Positions 36,827-48,700 of a stretch of DNA of 64,000 bases are shown piece by piece. The notes under the pieces are model-generated. The model was not told the DNA's origin, made no database searches, and worked only from the letters and a program-made list of their open reading frames with translations. Both the position numbers and the translations under genes were made by a program. This DNA comes from Ruditapes philippinarum (Eukaryota), in contig NW_026853980.1 in NCBI RefSeq assembly GCF_026571515.1, positions 248,001 through 312,000 of the forward strand, in the 5' to 3' direction. The first letter of the stretch is position 1, and each line of letters starts with the position of its first letter.

Positions 36827-37834
36827 TACATGCCTTATTTATCAAGTATAACATACATTCTTCCATAAATACACGAAACTCCTCAAATTCTTTATAAAAG
36901 AAGACATAAAACCTAACAAATAACCAAAACAAAGGTTTGTTCAACACACCAAAACCAGATAACAAACAATGATACATATTTGACACACATTTTTATAGTC
37001 ACTTCATACACTATTTTGTGATAAAAACGGAGTGGGTAGGAAAAATTATTTTAATAAAAACATGAATTCAAATGTATAAATAATATTCATATAAAATAAT
37101 ACATGCATAAATGAAAGAAATCTCTTTTTAAAAATGCAAACTTAAAATTTCCAAAACCTGATTAGATAAAAAAATGTAATCTAATTCTTCAAAGCCTTAA
37201 GTTTTTAACATTCTTTTTTTCCTAATGATTTTTTTCAAGTCTTAATTGAAAAGCATATAGACAAATAAGAAAGATACAAAAAGAAATTTATTTTAACAGG
37301 ATATGAGTATTGTTTAACATTTAACACAATATTTTCAAACCAGTAAATTAAAACAAAATAAGTAGAAATTAGTTTTATCTTTAGTTGTGTAATCTTTTAC
37401 ATTTACCATCACTTCATCAACCATTTACAGACTCAAACAAACCGAGTCTGCAACATTTCAATTTTGCAATATTTGGCTACCGGAGAAGAACAACTAAATT
37501 CCTTAATCTAGCTTGATAGCTGCTTCACCTTGTTAATAACTGAATTAATATTTCAATCACATTTTCATCTCTTTGTATTTGTATGTATATGAATGAAATG
37601 GCAAATGTGACAATGATACAGCACTTATATTATGTAAGACTAGTAAGGCATTATTCATAAAATACTTTGAGACACCTTCTTTATAAATATTATTCGCTAT
37701 CTTTTTGATTCATTTCATTAACTAACAACAATAAAATCTAACAAAAAGCAATGCTTCTATAAATTGTCTTATTAAGCATCAAATCAAGAACTGCCTCATT
37801 CGTAAATCAGCCCATCCCATAAGCCAGCAAATGA

Positions 37835-39790
37835 AAGTTGTACCTCTGAGGTACAATTAATAATCATAAATGGAGGTATACCTGTGCTATGCAATAAGTA
37901 ATTTTAAGCCAAACATACTGAATGGAGGTTGTACCTCTGCCATGAAATAAGTAATTATAAACCAAACATAATTAAAGAAGAATGTGCATCTACTGTACAA
38001 TAGGTAATTATAAGCCAACATAGTAAGTGGATGATGTACCTCTCCCATAGTAATTATAAGCTAAATAATGTGAAGGAAGGCCAGGCATGTACAGTTGCGA
38101 GCTATTTAGTTAATAACTATTTATAAGTCAAACAAAAGTAATAAAGGATAGATATGTTCAGCTGTATGTTGTACAATAGTTAATTATTAGCCAAATACAG
38201 TGAGTGAAAGCTGTACCTCCTCTGTGCAGTAAATATAAACCAAACATAGTAAATAATGGATGTACCTTTCCTGTACAGTAATTAATAAACAAGCAAATTC
38301 GATGAATTTATATCCCCCGCCGAGTACTGGTTATTATTAACACAACAACTGAAGACATAAGGCTTTATTTATATATTAATCATGGCATAAACAGTAATAT
38401 TCTTTGAACTTGATAAATATTCAGGGCAATAACATAGCCATAACTTTGTGTTAAATAGTAAAATCTGAAAATGCCAATGAGATGTATGCATACTACATAA
38501 CTAATCAAGGGCCATAAATCTGAGTTATAAGTATCTGACTGGAACAATGCGACTATATGCACATATCCTCTTAGTGTCACATAAAGTTTCATTGAATTCC
38601 AGCCAGTAGTAGCAGAGAACTAGCGAGGAAACAAATATTTTTTCTATATGTATACTGCATAACTAATCAAGGGCCATAACTCTGAGTTAAAGTGTCTGAC
38701 CGAAACAAGCCGACGATATGCGCATCTCCTCTTGGTATTGAAGGTTCCCATAAAGTTTCGTTGAATTCCAGCCAGTAGTTGCAGAGAAGTAGCGAGGAAA
38801 CGATTTTTACTCCATATGCATACTGCATAACTAATCAAGGGCCATAACTCTGAGTTAAAGTGTCTGACCGGAACAAGCCGACGATATGCGCATCTCCTCT
38901 TGGTATTGAAGGTTCCCATAAAGTTTCGTTGAATTCCAGCCAGTAGTTGCAGAGAAGTAGTGCGGAAACGAGTTTTACTCTATATGCATACTACATAACT
39001 AATCAAGGGCCATAACTCTGAGTTAAAGTGTCTGACCGGAACAAGCCGACGATATGCGCATCTCCTCTTGATATTGATGATTCCCATAAAGTTTCGTTGG
39101 ATTCCAGCCAGTAGTTGCAGAGAACTACTCCGGAAACGATTTTTACTCTATATGCATACTACATAACTAATCAAGGGCCATAACTCTAAGTTAAAGGGTC
39201 GGACCGGAACAAGCCGACGATATGCGCATCTCCTCTTGATATTGATGATTCCCATAAAGTTTCGTTGAATTCCAGCCAGTAGTTGCAAAGAACTACTCCG
39301 GAAACAAAATTCGGACGACGGACGGATGGATGGACGGACGGACAACGCCAAAACTATATCCCCCTCCCGATTCCATCGGCGGGGGATAATAAATACTGTT
39401 CAGTAAGTATTTATCAGCCAAACATAGTGAATGAAAATTGTACCTCTGCTGTGCAGTAATTATATACCCAACATTGTAAATGAAGGCTGTACCTTTCCTG
39501 TACAGTTAGTAATTATTTTATGCAAAACACAGTGAATTATGGCTGAACATGCACAGCTTACAGCTGTGCAGTGCGCAATTATAAACAATGAATTAAGGTT
39601 GGACACGTACAGTTTACAGCAGCAAGAAATAATAACCCAAACACAGCGGAAGAAGATGTGGCATGTACAGTTGTACGCTGTGCAGTAAGTATTTATAAGT
39701 CAAACAAAAACAATAGAAACCTTACTTATTTGTACAGCTGTATGCTGTAGAGAAAGTAATTATAAGCAAAATATAATGTACAGCAAGCAA
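37835..39790. repeat. Old degenerate ~55-60 bp minisatellite, split by the element at 38288-39390
   Basis: Recurrent aattataagccaaacatagtgaatggag...tgtacctctgctgtgca on both sides of the insertion. Confidence 0.7.
38288..39390 (-). mobile_element. Helentron/HINE-like element with ~169-bp internal repeats (about 5 copies)
   Basis: Subterminal IR tatcccccgccga (38311) and tcggcgggggata (~39376), (GACG/GATG)n microsatellite, aacaag end. Confidence 0.88.
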
Positions 39791-41120
39791 TGACAAAGAA
39801 AAGCAACAAAATCTAACATAAAAACTCAAATATAAAATATCAATGCAACAACTTGTTGAAATATTAGCTACTCTATATCATTTTTGTTATCAATATTACT
39901 ATGAATCTAATAGTTTTAATTTAGACAGCACCAAGAATGAAAATTATTATATTCATTAAATAAACAATATTAATACTGACCAGTTATTTATTCCAATTTA
40001 ACATCAAACAAAATTGAGGTACTGAAATAATTTACCCCACTATCTATAATAGAGGTAACTTTGATTGAAAATATGGAACAAAATAACAACAATGTTTATG
40101 AAACTCACTTTAATTATTAACAAGTGTCCAAACAAATCTTTTGAAAAGATTTTAAGCATAAACTGTGATATAATTATATACCACATCGTTAGGTATGTAA
40201 TATAATATAGCTATATACCAACAAAAAGAGGTATATATTATGATATTTATATACCATACAAATAGGTATTTATCAAGATCATACAGTTATATACCAATAC
40301 CAATATATATCATGATAGAGTTATATACCATAAGGTATATTTTATGAAATAGCTATATACCAATACCAAGAATATATTTCATGTTAATATACAATTGAAC
40401 ATGTCAATTTCCAAAGAAATAAGCCATGACAATATTGTTATATACATTCATTTACAACAATAAGTATTTGTAACTATACAAATACTGCATCTTAATATAC
40501 AGTGTATTTAGAGGTTGCATTTAAAACATCTAATGTTGTAAATAAAAAATACAACAATAATGGCTAGTTTTGTAAGAATAAAGTAATTATATATAGTTTT
40601 TTGGGTTATTAAATTCCATATTTACATGTAACATTTTCCACTTAAAAAAAAACAGTATTTTTCCCTCTAGCTTAAAATTATTTACAATAAAAGATAACTT
40701 ATATGTTGGCTGTTTTCACTTCTTTCAACTAGAGACCATAAATTATTGTTTAATTTCTATAAAAAAAACCCAGCTCTTTTTACATCTTGTAATTGTATTT
40801 CATATAATGGGTGATTAAGTTACAATAAAAATAAGACTATAATTATATATATTTTTTCCATTTTATTTTTTCTATTTTTTAATCTATCAATTTATTTCCA
40901 ATATTCTTGTGTTTGTTTTTCTTCTTTTGGTGTGTGTATAGGGTAGGGTTGGGTAAGGGCCAAGACAGAGAGAGGTTGACTAATGACTATAAAAAAATTG
41001 GAGCAATGCCTTTATTGCCAATCCTCAACAAATGCCATTAAAATAAGTTATATGAGTATTTTTCCTTAATTTGGTGGCCAGTGCTTTTACTGCGTGTTTG
41101 CAGGTAAGACACAACATTTA

Positions 41121-41490
41121 TTTCCATTATTTTAATATTGAGAACATAGCAACACTTTATCAATATTGAATACAACATTTCCATTATTTCAATATTAAAA
41201 ACATAGCAACACTTTATCAATATTGAATACAACATTTCCATTATTTCAATATTAAAAACATAGCAACACTTTATCAATATTGAATACAATATTTCCATTA
41301 TTTCAATATTAAAAACATAGCAACACTTTATCAATATTGAATACAACTTTTCCATTATTTCAATATTAAAAAGATAGCAACACTTTATCAATATTGAATA
41401 CAACATTTCCATTATTTTAATATTAAAAACATAGCAACACTTTATCAATATTGAATTATTTCAATATTTAAAACATAGAAACACTTAATC
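41121..41490. repeat. 57-bp minisatellite, about 6 copies
   Basis: Unit ttccattatttcaatattaaaaacatagcaacactttatcaatattgaatacaacat; accounts for the repetitive ORF at 41038-41448. Confidence 0.93.
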
Positions 41491-42659
41491 AATATCAAAC
41501 ATAGTGAAAATCAAATAGCCATGTACAAACGATTTCAAATTGTACAGGTATGTTTCAATAAAGTTGCAGAATTAACTGATAAAATCTTATTTCTATATCT
41601 GACTACCTAATCTCCTGCAAATTTATAACTATTCGTGGAGAACTAATTTTTGTGCTTTTCGTTGATAGGTATACTCACAAATTTTAGATGCAATGAAATT
41701 TTATTTTATTCCGGAGTAATTTTTTGTATTTTTTTTCTTTCTTTTACTTTTTCTGCTTAAATAGTACATGAATTAAAAAAAAACATGAAAAAAGTTCTTT
41801 TGCACAAAAACCACGAAATTCCATGTGTGACCACAAAATTAAGTAAGTATTGGTATTCACTTCCATAATAATGATAGAAAGGTGCTACTGATGCACTGTG
41901 ACAATGTAGTAGTTTCACTTGGTAATAATTTCATTTATTGCCATTTTATCTGAATATATCTATACCTAACAAATTACCAGTTCATTATGGTATGACACAA
42001 ACAAAGACATTCTAAAAACATAATATAACATGATTTTTATATAAAAAAATCAACAATCAAATCACCCAAACAAAAAACATGATTGTAGAAAATAAAACTT
42101 CCATTTTTTGATACACTTTGTATTAATACATATAAAGTTATCTTCGTCAATAAACAATAGCTGCATTTTTTATCATCGTAATATATGATATTACACTGAT
42201 GAAATACTTAATATTATGTACTGAAACAATAACTGACATTACCCGATTTATTTTTTATTTTTGATAAACTGCCAAATTATTTCTATATATTAATTGTCCG
42301 AACAAATTAACAGTATCATTTAACACATTGTTACAATGTTAATTGACATTATTTGTGTACACATCATTGTGAACACAACAAAGAGTGATGACATCATCAA
42401 TTTTAGTTTAGATTTGGTTCAACAATTCAGTATTAAAAAATAGTGAAATTTATCTAAAATACAAAAAAAAGAAATTTCAGTGTATGTCACTTTTTTTAGT
42501 GTAGTTTTCTTTTTCTGGCACCTTTTTTTATATTTATATCTTTTTATACAAAACTATGTACATTTAAGTACGCACAGTGTGTTTATGTGTAACACAAAGT
42601 ATCAATTCTCTATTGTTCAATATACTCCCCACACAGATCTACTTCCCTGTAAAACTGTT

Positions 42660-42721
42660 TTATAAATTATATTCTACAGTCACCGCTTTTGTCTGCAGAT
42701 ATTCGTTCAATGCTTCTTCCC
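42660..42721 (-). CDS. ALDH1L1: ALDH1L terminal exon (proximal copy)
   Basis: [20 protein letters not shown]. Confidence 0.9.
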
Positions 42722-45700
42722 CTGCAATAAAAGAAAACATTGTTTTATTTTCTCTCACAGGAATGAACATGTATCCATGGTAACTGTCAGTGAAATTGAA
42801 GACAGTTAAACTGAAATGAGGTTGTTAAATTACGCAATTAACAACAAGTGGTCGGAAATCTCATTAATATCTTTACACTATGTGCATTCAACAAAAACAA
42901 CATTATTGTTTCCTTTCAGGACTTTGTTTTTTTAATCCAGAGAATTAATTTTTCTCCTTATTGAAACCAATTGAGCACTTTTTGGATAAGAACTTTTTTC
43001 AAACGCAACAGGAAAACTTTCAGTAACATGAGTACATTCCTAAAAGAAATGTTAAAAGAATAATATTGTAAAATGTTCAAGACATAAAAATACTGGTATG
43101 GTTTATTTTAAAGGCATACAAATGTGGTAAATAAAATGGGTAAATACAAAATGCATTAAATGTGGTTCAATTTTAGGGCATGAAATTGTGGAAAATTTAA
43201 AAGGTAAGAATAGAGGTGAAATAAAAACAATTCAAAAGGCATGTATTTATGGTAAAGTAAAGTACATTGTATTTGAAAGGCATCATTTATATTTCTCAGG
43301 AACTTTAAATTTTGGTATGTTGTAAAAGTTTCCAAAAATTACGCCTTTGCCAAGCAGATGAATTTTTGCTTCTTCAGCTCTCCTGGCAATTGGCATAATT
43401 ATAGGGAAGTATTTTGTATGGAAGTCATGGACCACTTTGTTTACAGTTTGCAACCTTTATGACACATTACTGCATGTTTAACCATAGGGCTGTCATTGAT
43501 GGAAACTTTTGTATCGATATATCTAGAGACAAATATCGACGATACATCGAAATATCGACTTTGACAATAGATTCAATGAAAAACATTATATATATGTTAT
43601 AATTTGGGATCATGGTGTTATGCATGCTTGTATTACACATTACAAATGCTACATACTAACAGAAAGTTTGTTTTTTCTGTTATTCTTGTCACTGATTTTT
43701 GAAAATAGAGTTAAAGGTTCAAGTTAGCCAAGAAAACTAGAAACAAGTGACTTCTCTTATAAGCCAAAATAGAGAGGTACATGTAGATTTACTACCAGAA
43801 TTTTTTTTTAGCTTGTATCGATATGTGAAAGTGTGTATTGATATTGTATCGAATGACGAATATCGATGATATATCGATATCGCAATATTCAATGACTGCC
43901 CTAGTTTAACAGTACTTTCTTCAGTTGTTTTACATTATACATGCAATAAATCCTTTTTTAAATCCTTCTTATACACATATTTGACATTTCTAACGAACTA
44001 AAAAATGAATGGATTTCTAAGGTATGTGCTTTTTACTCAGACCTGATACTCTTTACAGGTGTGTAGAAATAGACAGGATAGAAATTGACGGTATTACTAA
44101 TCAGGTGCAAAATTTTAATGTGCATCAGTCCGATATGCATTTACTTCATATCTGGTGCTTTTGAACCCGCAACCCAAACTTTATCTATGACCTCTATTCG
44201 CTTTTATAAAAACATGTCTGCTATGTTTCGGTTTCAGACATGCCCAGTCAGCTTGTAGCGTAAAAGTGCAACCAATCGCTAAAGTCACGCAATATGAACA
44301 TCTTTAAATCAATCACATTCACCAAATGACAGTTCCAAGGTCAAATCAGTATTCAAAAGCTATTTCATAAAAATTAAGTTCCCAATATCATAATAATAAA
44401 CAAAACTACAATTACCACAACTTTTGTTTCATTAAATCTAATGGAAATTGACTGCAGTGTTTCAATGTCAAGATCTGTTAACCTTTTTTCTAGTTTTTAT
44501 CATGTAATTTCCTTTCTATTTGAAGCAAGCTGAGCATATTCAGTTTTCAATATGCATTTTACTTCATCTTGAGGCACGATTTATTAGATTTTAAATGATT
44601 CTTTTGATATTAAATGTATTATGAAATTGAATTCACCAATGCATTAAATTCATTTATGAATTTACCCTTATTTGGAGGAATTGATACAAAAACAGTTGAT
44701 ATTCTACTTCATTCCATTTGAGCAACAACTGTTTTCACATAATTTGCGCAAATTTCTAACAATAAATTTGTTCTAAATTTGGCATGCTAACATTTCAACA
44801 CATTCATCACCACCCACTTTATTTTAGATTAGAATAGCAGAGAAATGATGTCTTTAGCACTTATCCGAAAACCTTAATATGTTGAGATTATTTTTTTTAT
44901 ATAAAAATGCACCGTAATTTAAACCAGCCATGATATTTTCATTCCCCTCCCCCTCCACAAAGTTACTAGCAGTATTTGTACAATAAATAAATCTGTATCA
45001 GGGCTTAAAGGGACTTCACTAAGGTTTTTTAACATGACAGGAATGGAAATATGTTTCCGAGATTTGTCACCCATTTGACAAAGGTCTGAACTGAATAACT
45101 TGTCTGCAAATTTTAAGCTCATTCCCTCTTTGCGCTTTTCCCGTACATTCATTCTTATTGTGCAATATGACTCAGAAATGAAAACTTTTACAATGTGTTT
45201 CACTCAAATCTAGCTAAGAATCCCACAAAAATAGGTATTCAATCTAATAATTATTCTATTTCTTTATTGTCCTTTTCAGAGTTTTCAATTTCTAGTGCTT
45301 CATTAATCTTCATTAATCTATGTAAAAAAAATTAAAGTGTATGTTTTTATGCTTTTTGACTAAATTGTTTGTATAGAATTAGCTGAATGAGTTCCAAAAA
45401 AATATAAAAAATCAGCATATAATATGAACAATGCAATGAAAACAATTTGGATGTCATGCCGAGGACTTGAACTTGGACTCAAAAATTCTGCACATCCATT
45501 GATATACATTGAATACAGGAATGCATTTGTAATTTCACATGGTGTAACTATTCTGAGAACTTGATAGTAAAAACAAGAGCGATCAGTAATCACATGTGTC
45601 GCCTCATGATGGCCAATTTCATGTTGGGACAAATTTTGTGACAGACGGACAGTGCACAACTAGACTAACCACTTTGTACTGATCATTCCTGTAAAGTTTG

Positions 45701-48700
45701 GATAAAATTGCACAAGTAGTTTATGAGGAGTAGTCCGGACAAGCTTTTGCGTATCTGGCAACACACAGAAAAAAACACCTTTTTATCAAAGGGCCATAAC
45801 TCGGCCAAAAATCATTCAACCGGAAAACCCGTGCAATATGCGCAAGGTCTTGAGCTACAGATCAATCCTGTAAAGTTTCATTGAAATTGCATAAGTGGTA
45901 TAAGAGAAGTAGTCTGGACAAACTTTAAAAATAAAAATTATAAAAGGGCCATAACTCAAACAAAAATCATTGAACCGGAAAATGCTGACAATATGCACAA
46001 CTAGACTTGGTACTGATCATTCCTGTAAAGTTTGGATGAAATTGCACCAGTAGTTTATGAGGAGTAGTCCGGACAAGCTTTTGTGTATCTGGCAACACAC
46101 AGAAAAAGAAACCTTTTTATCAAAGGGCCATAACTCGGCCAAAAATCATTCAACCGGAAAACCCGTGCAATATGCGCAAGGACTTGAGCTACAGATCAAT
46201 CCTGTAAAGTTTCATTGAAATTGCATTAGTGGTATAAGAGAAGTAGTCCGGACAAACTTTAAAATTAAAAATTATTAAAGGGCCATAACTCTGACAAAAA
46301 TCATTGAACCGGAAAATCCTGACAATATGCACAACTAGACTTGGTACTGATCATTCCTGTAAAATTTGGATGAAATTGCACCAGTAGTTTATGAGGAGTA
46401 GTCCGGACAAGTTTTGTGACGGACGGACGGACAGACGGACAGACAGACAGACAGACAGACGGACAGACGGACAGACAGAAGACGGAGAAGTGATCCCTAT
46501 ATGTCGCCACTACTCCGTAGAGGCGACACAACAAAAACATGGATATTAAACGTAGAAATTTTTAGTTCAAAAAGACCTTTAGTTCTGTCAAAATCCATGG
46601 TAGAGTTATAGGCCTTGGATAGTGACCTCCTATTACACTCTCAAATATTTAAGTTTCTGAATTTTCAACACATTCCCTTAACTAGTTTAAGAGACAATAA
46701 ATTGCACACAAAATCGTAACCAAAGTGTGACACAGATCACAAACTGAGTACAATAGCTAGCTCTCTCTCTCTATCCTTCAACTATTTGAGCTAAAATGAA
46801 TGCTTGACACAAGCAAATACTGCACAGATAAGTGTCATAATAATTGTCACAATACCATGTTTGAAAAAGTAAAGGGACTTAATTCTGCCCAAAAAGACCA
46901 AATCACCAAATCAAAGCATCATAACAAAATGACACAGACCACTTGATGACAATCATTCTTTGAAATTTTGGTCTCGAGAAAAAATGGAGCAGTTGCACAT
47001 TGGAAAAAATTGCTTTCATCCAGCTCCTGACATTCAACCTACTTTTTCATGGTTCAGTTTTATGTCATACCAACACTCATATGGTCATATGGCGAATTTC
47101 AAGCTTTACTGATGGAAAAAGGGCTCAGCTACCCCTTTTTGCAATATTTCATGCCCTAACGAGCACCGGAGTAGAACCACAGACATTTCCATTGGCTAGC
47201 ATTCACCAATTCAACAACCAGAGTTTCTTGCTAGAAAACCTGGTTATAAACTGCATGTTAAATAAGCCATGGACATACCAAGATCTTTTCCAAATCCTGA
47301 TTGTTTAAATCCTCCAAATGGTGAGGCAACGTCTGTCTTATTGTAAGTGTTCACAAACACTGTCCCTGCTTTAATACTGTCAGCCACTGTCATGGCCTTG
47401 TTTATGTCCTTGGTAAACACGCCCGAGGCCAGGCCGTATTCTGTATTGTTTGCCCGAGCTATAACTCCCTCGATGTCCCTAAAACGACAAATAAACATAA
47501 ATGTTTATCTTGACATACACGTTATGTTATAATTAAAATAGAAATTACCTTGCTGAATTTCTTAAATGGACTTGTCTAGCTTCCAGCTTTAGATTCTAGG
47601 GGCATAATTTGAACAATCTTAGTAGAGGGCCACTAGATCATGTTACATACCATATATCAAGGCACTAGGCCTTGTCGATTTTGACAAGAAGGTTTTTTTA
47701 AGATTTTCCTATATAACTTTATGCATGTATAAAACTTATGAGCCCCCTGGCAGGGTCCTCTTGACCCTAGGGTTATAATTTGAACAATCTTTTTAAAGGA
47801 CCATTGGATCATGTTGCATACTAAGTTTTAAGGATCTACACCTTCTGGATTTTGATAAGACATTTTTTAAGATTTTGTTTAAAAAAAAACTCTTTTGGTT
47901 GCGATGGCAACCAGAGTTCTTCATGAAATTTCATTCTTTTAACAACATTGGTAGAGCTTTATGCAAGGAACATGCCTGCCAAGTTTAACTGAATTTGTGA
48001 CAGGTGACCTAATTAAATTTGTGTCTATTTCAAACATGAAATTAAATTGACTTAGATATTTTCAACATATGAAATATTTCCAATTAATCATTTGTTTATT
48101 TTAAAAATGTTTAAATCATTCAGTGACTTAGTGCCAAGATGGACAGAAGTTGTAAATGTATTTATGTACAAAACACAATGTCACTATCAAAAATTTTACT
48201 TATCTTTATTCATATATTTTCATATTCATTTTAAACTTATAACCTGTTACAACTGCTATGATTCAACAATTGGTCGAAAAAACTCTAAATGGGCAGAATT
48301 TTTGAAAACTTGACAGTAATTACTGAATTACATATGGATTTAATCACTACAGTTTTGGTGCAGTACCTACAAACCCTTTCAGAAATAGTGATAGTAAAGT
48401 ATCTTTTTTTTCACTGCTACTTACAATTTTCATTCATTATTGTATATAAATCATGTGAACAGATGAATTGAATGTCTTTGATTGCATTTGGACGGGTGAA
48501 ATTTAACATTTAATCATTCCAACACCTTGTCCAATGTATATACCGGAATACGACATTCAGTGTGGCTCCCACACTTATTCTAGTCTCACTCATTACTTAT
48601 GGTATTGGCATGGTAACTTCTGAATGGAATGGTATGGTACATCATTTATGGTAGTAAATAAATCCCTTACCCATCCATGAATTTTGAAATAATCATAACA

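Noticed and set aside
38380-39351. Short ORFs within repeat elements (also 46301-46540, 53834-54098, 55650-55856, 58757-59026)
   Set aside because: Translations of non-coding satellite, microsatellite or MITE sequence.
41038-41448. 136-aa repetitive ORF, or a CRISPR-like array
   Set aside because: It is a head-to-tail 57-bp minisatellite with no unique spacers; the ORF is a by-product of a unit length divisible by 3.
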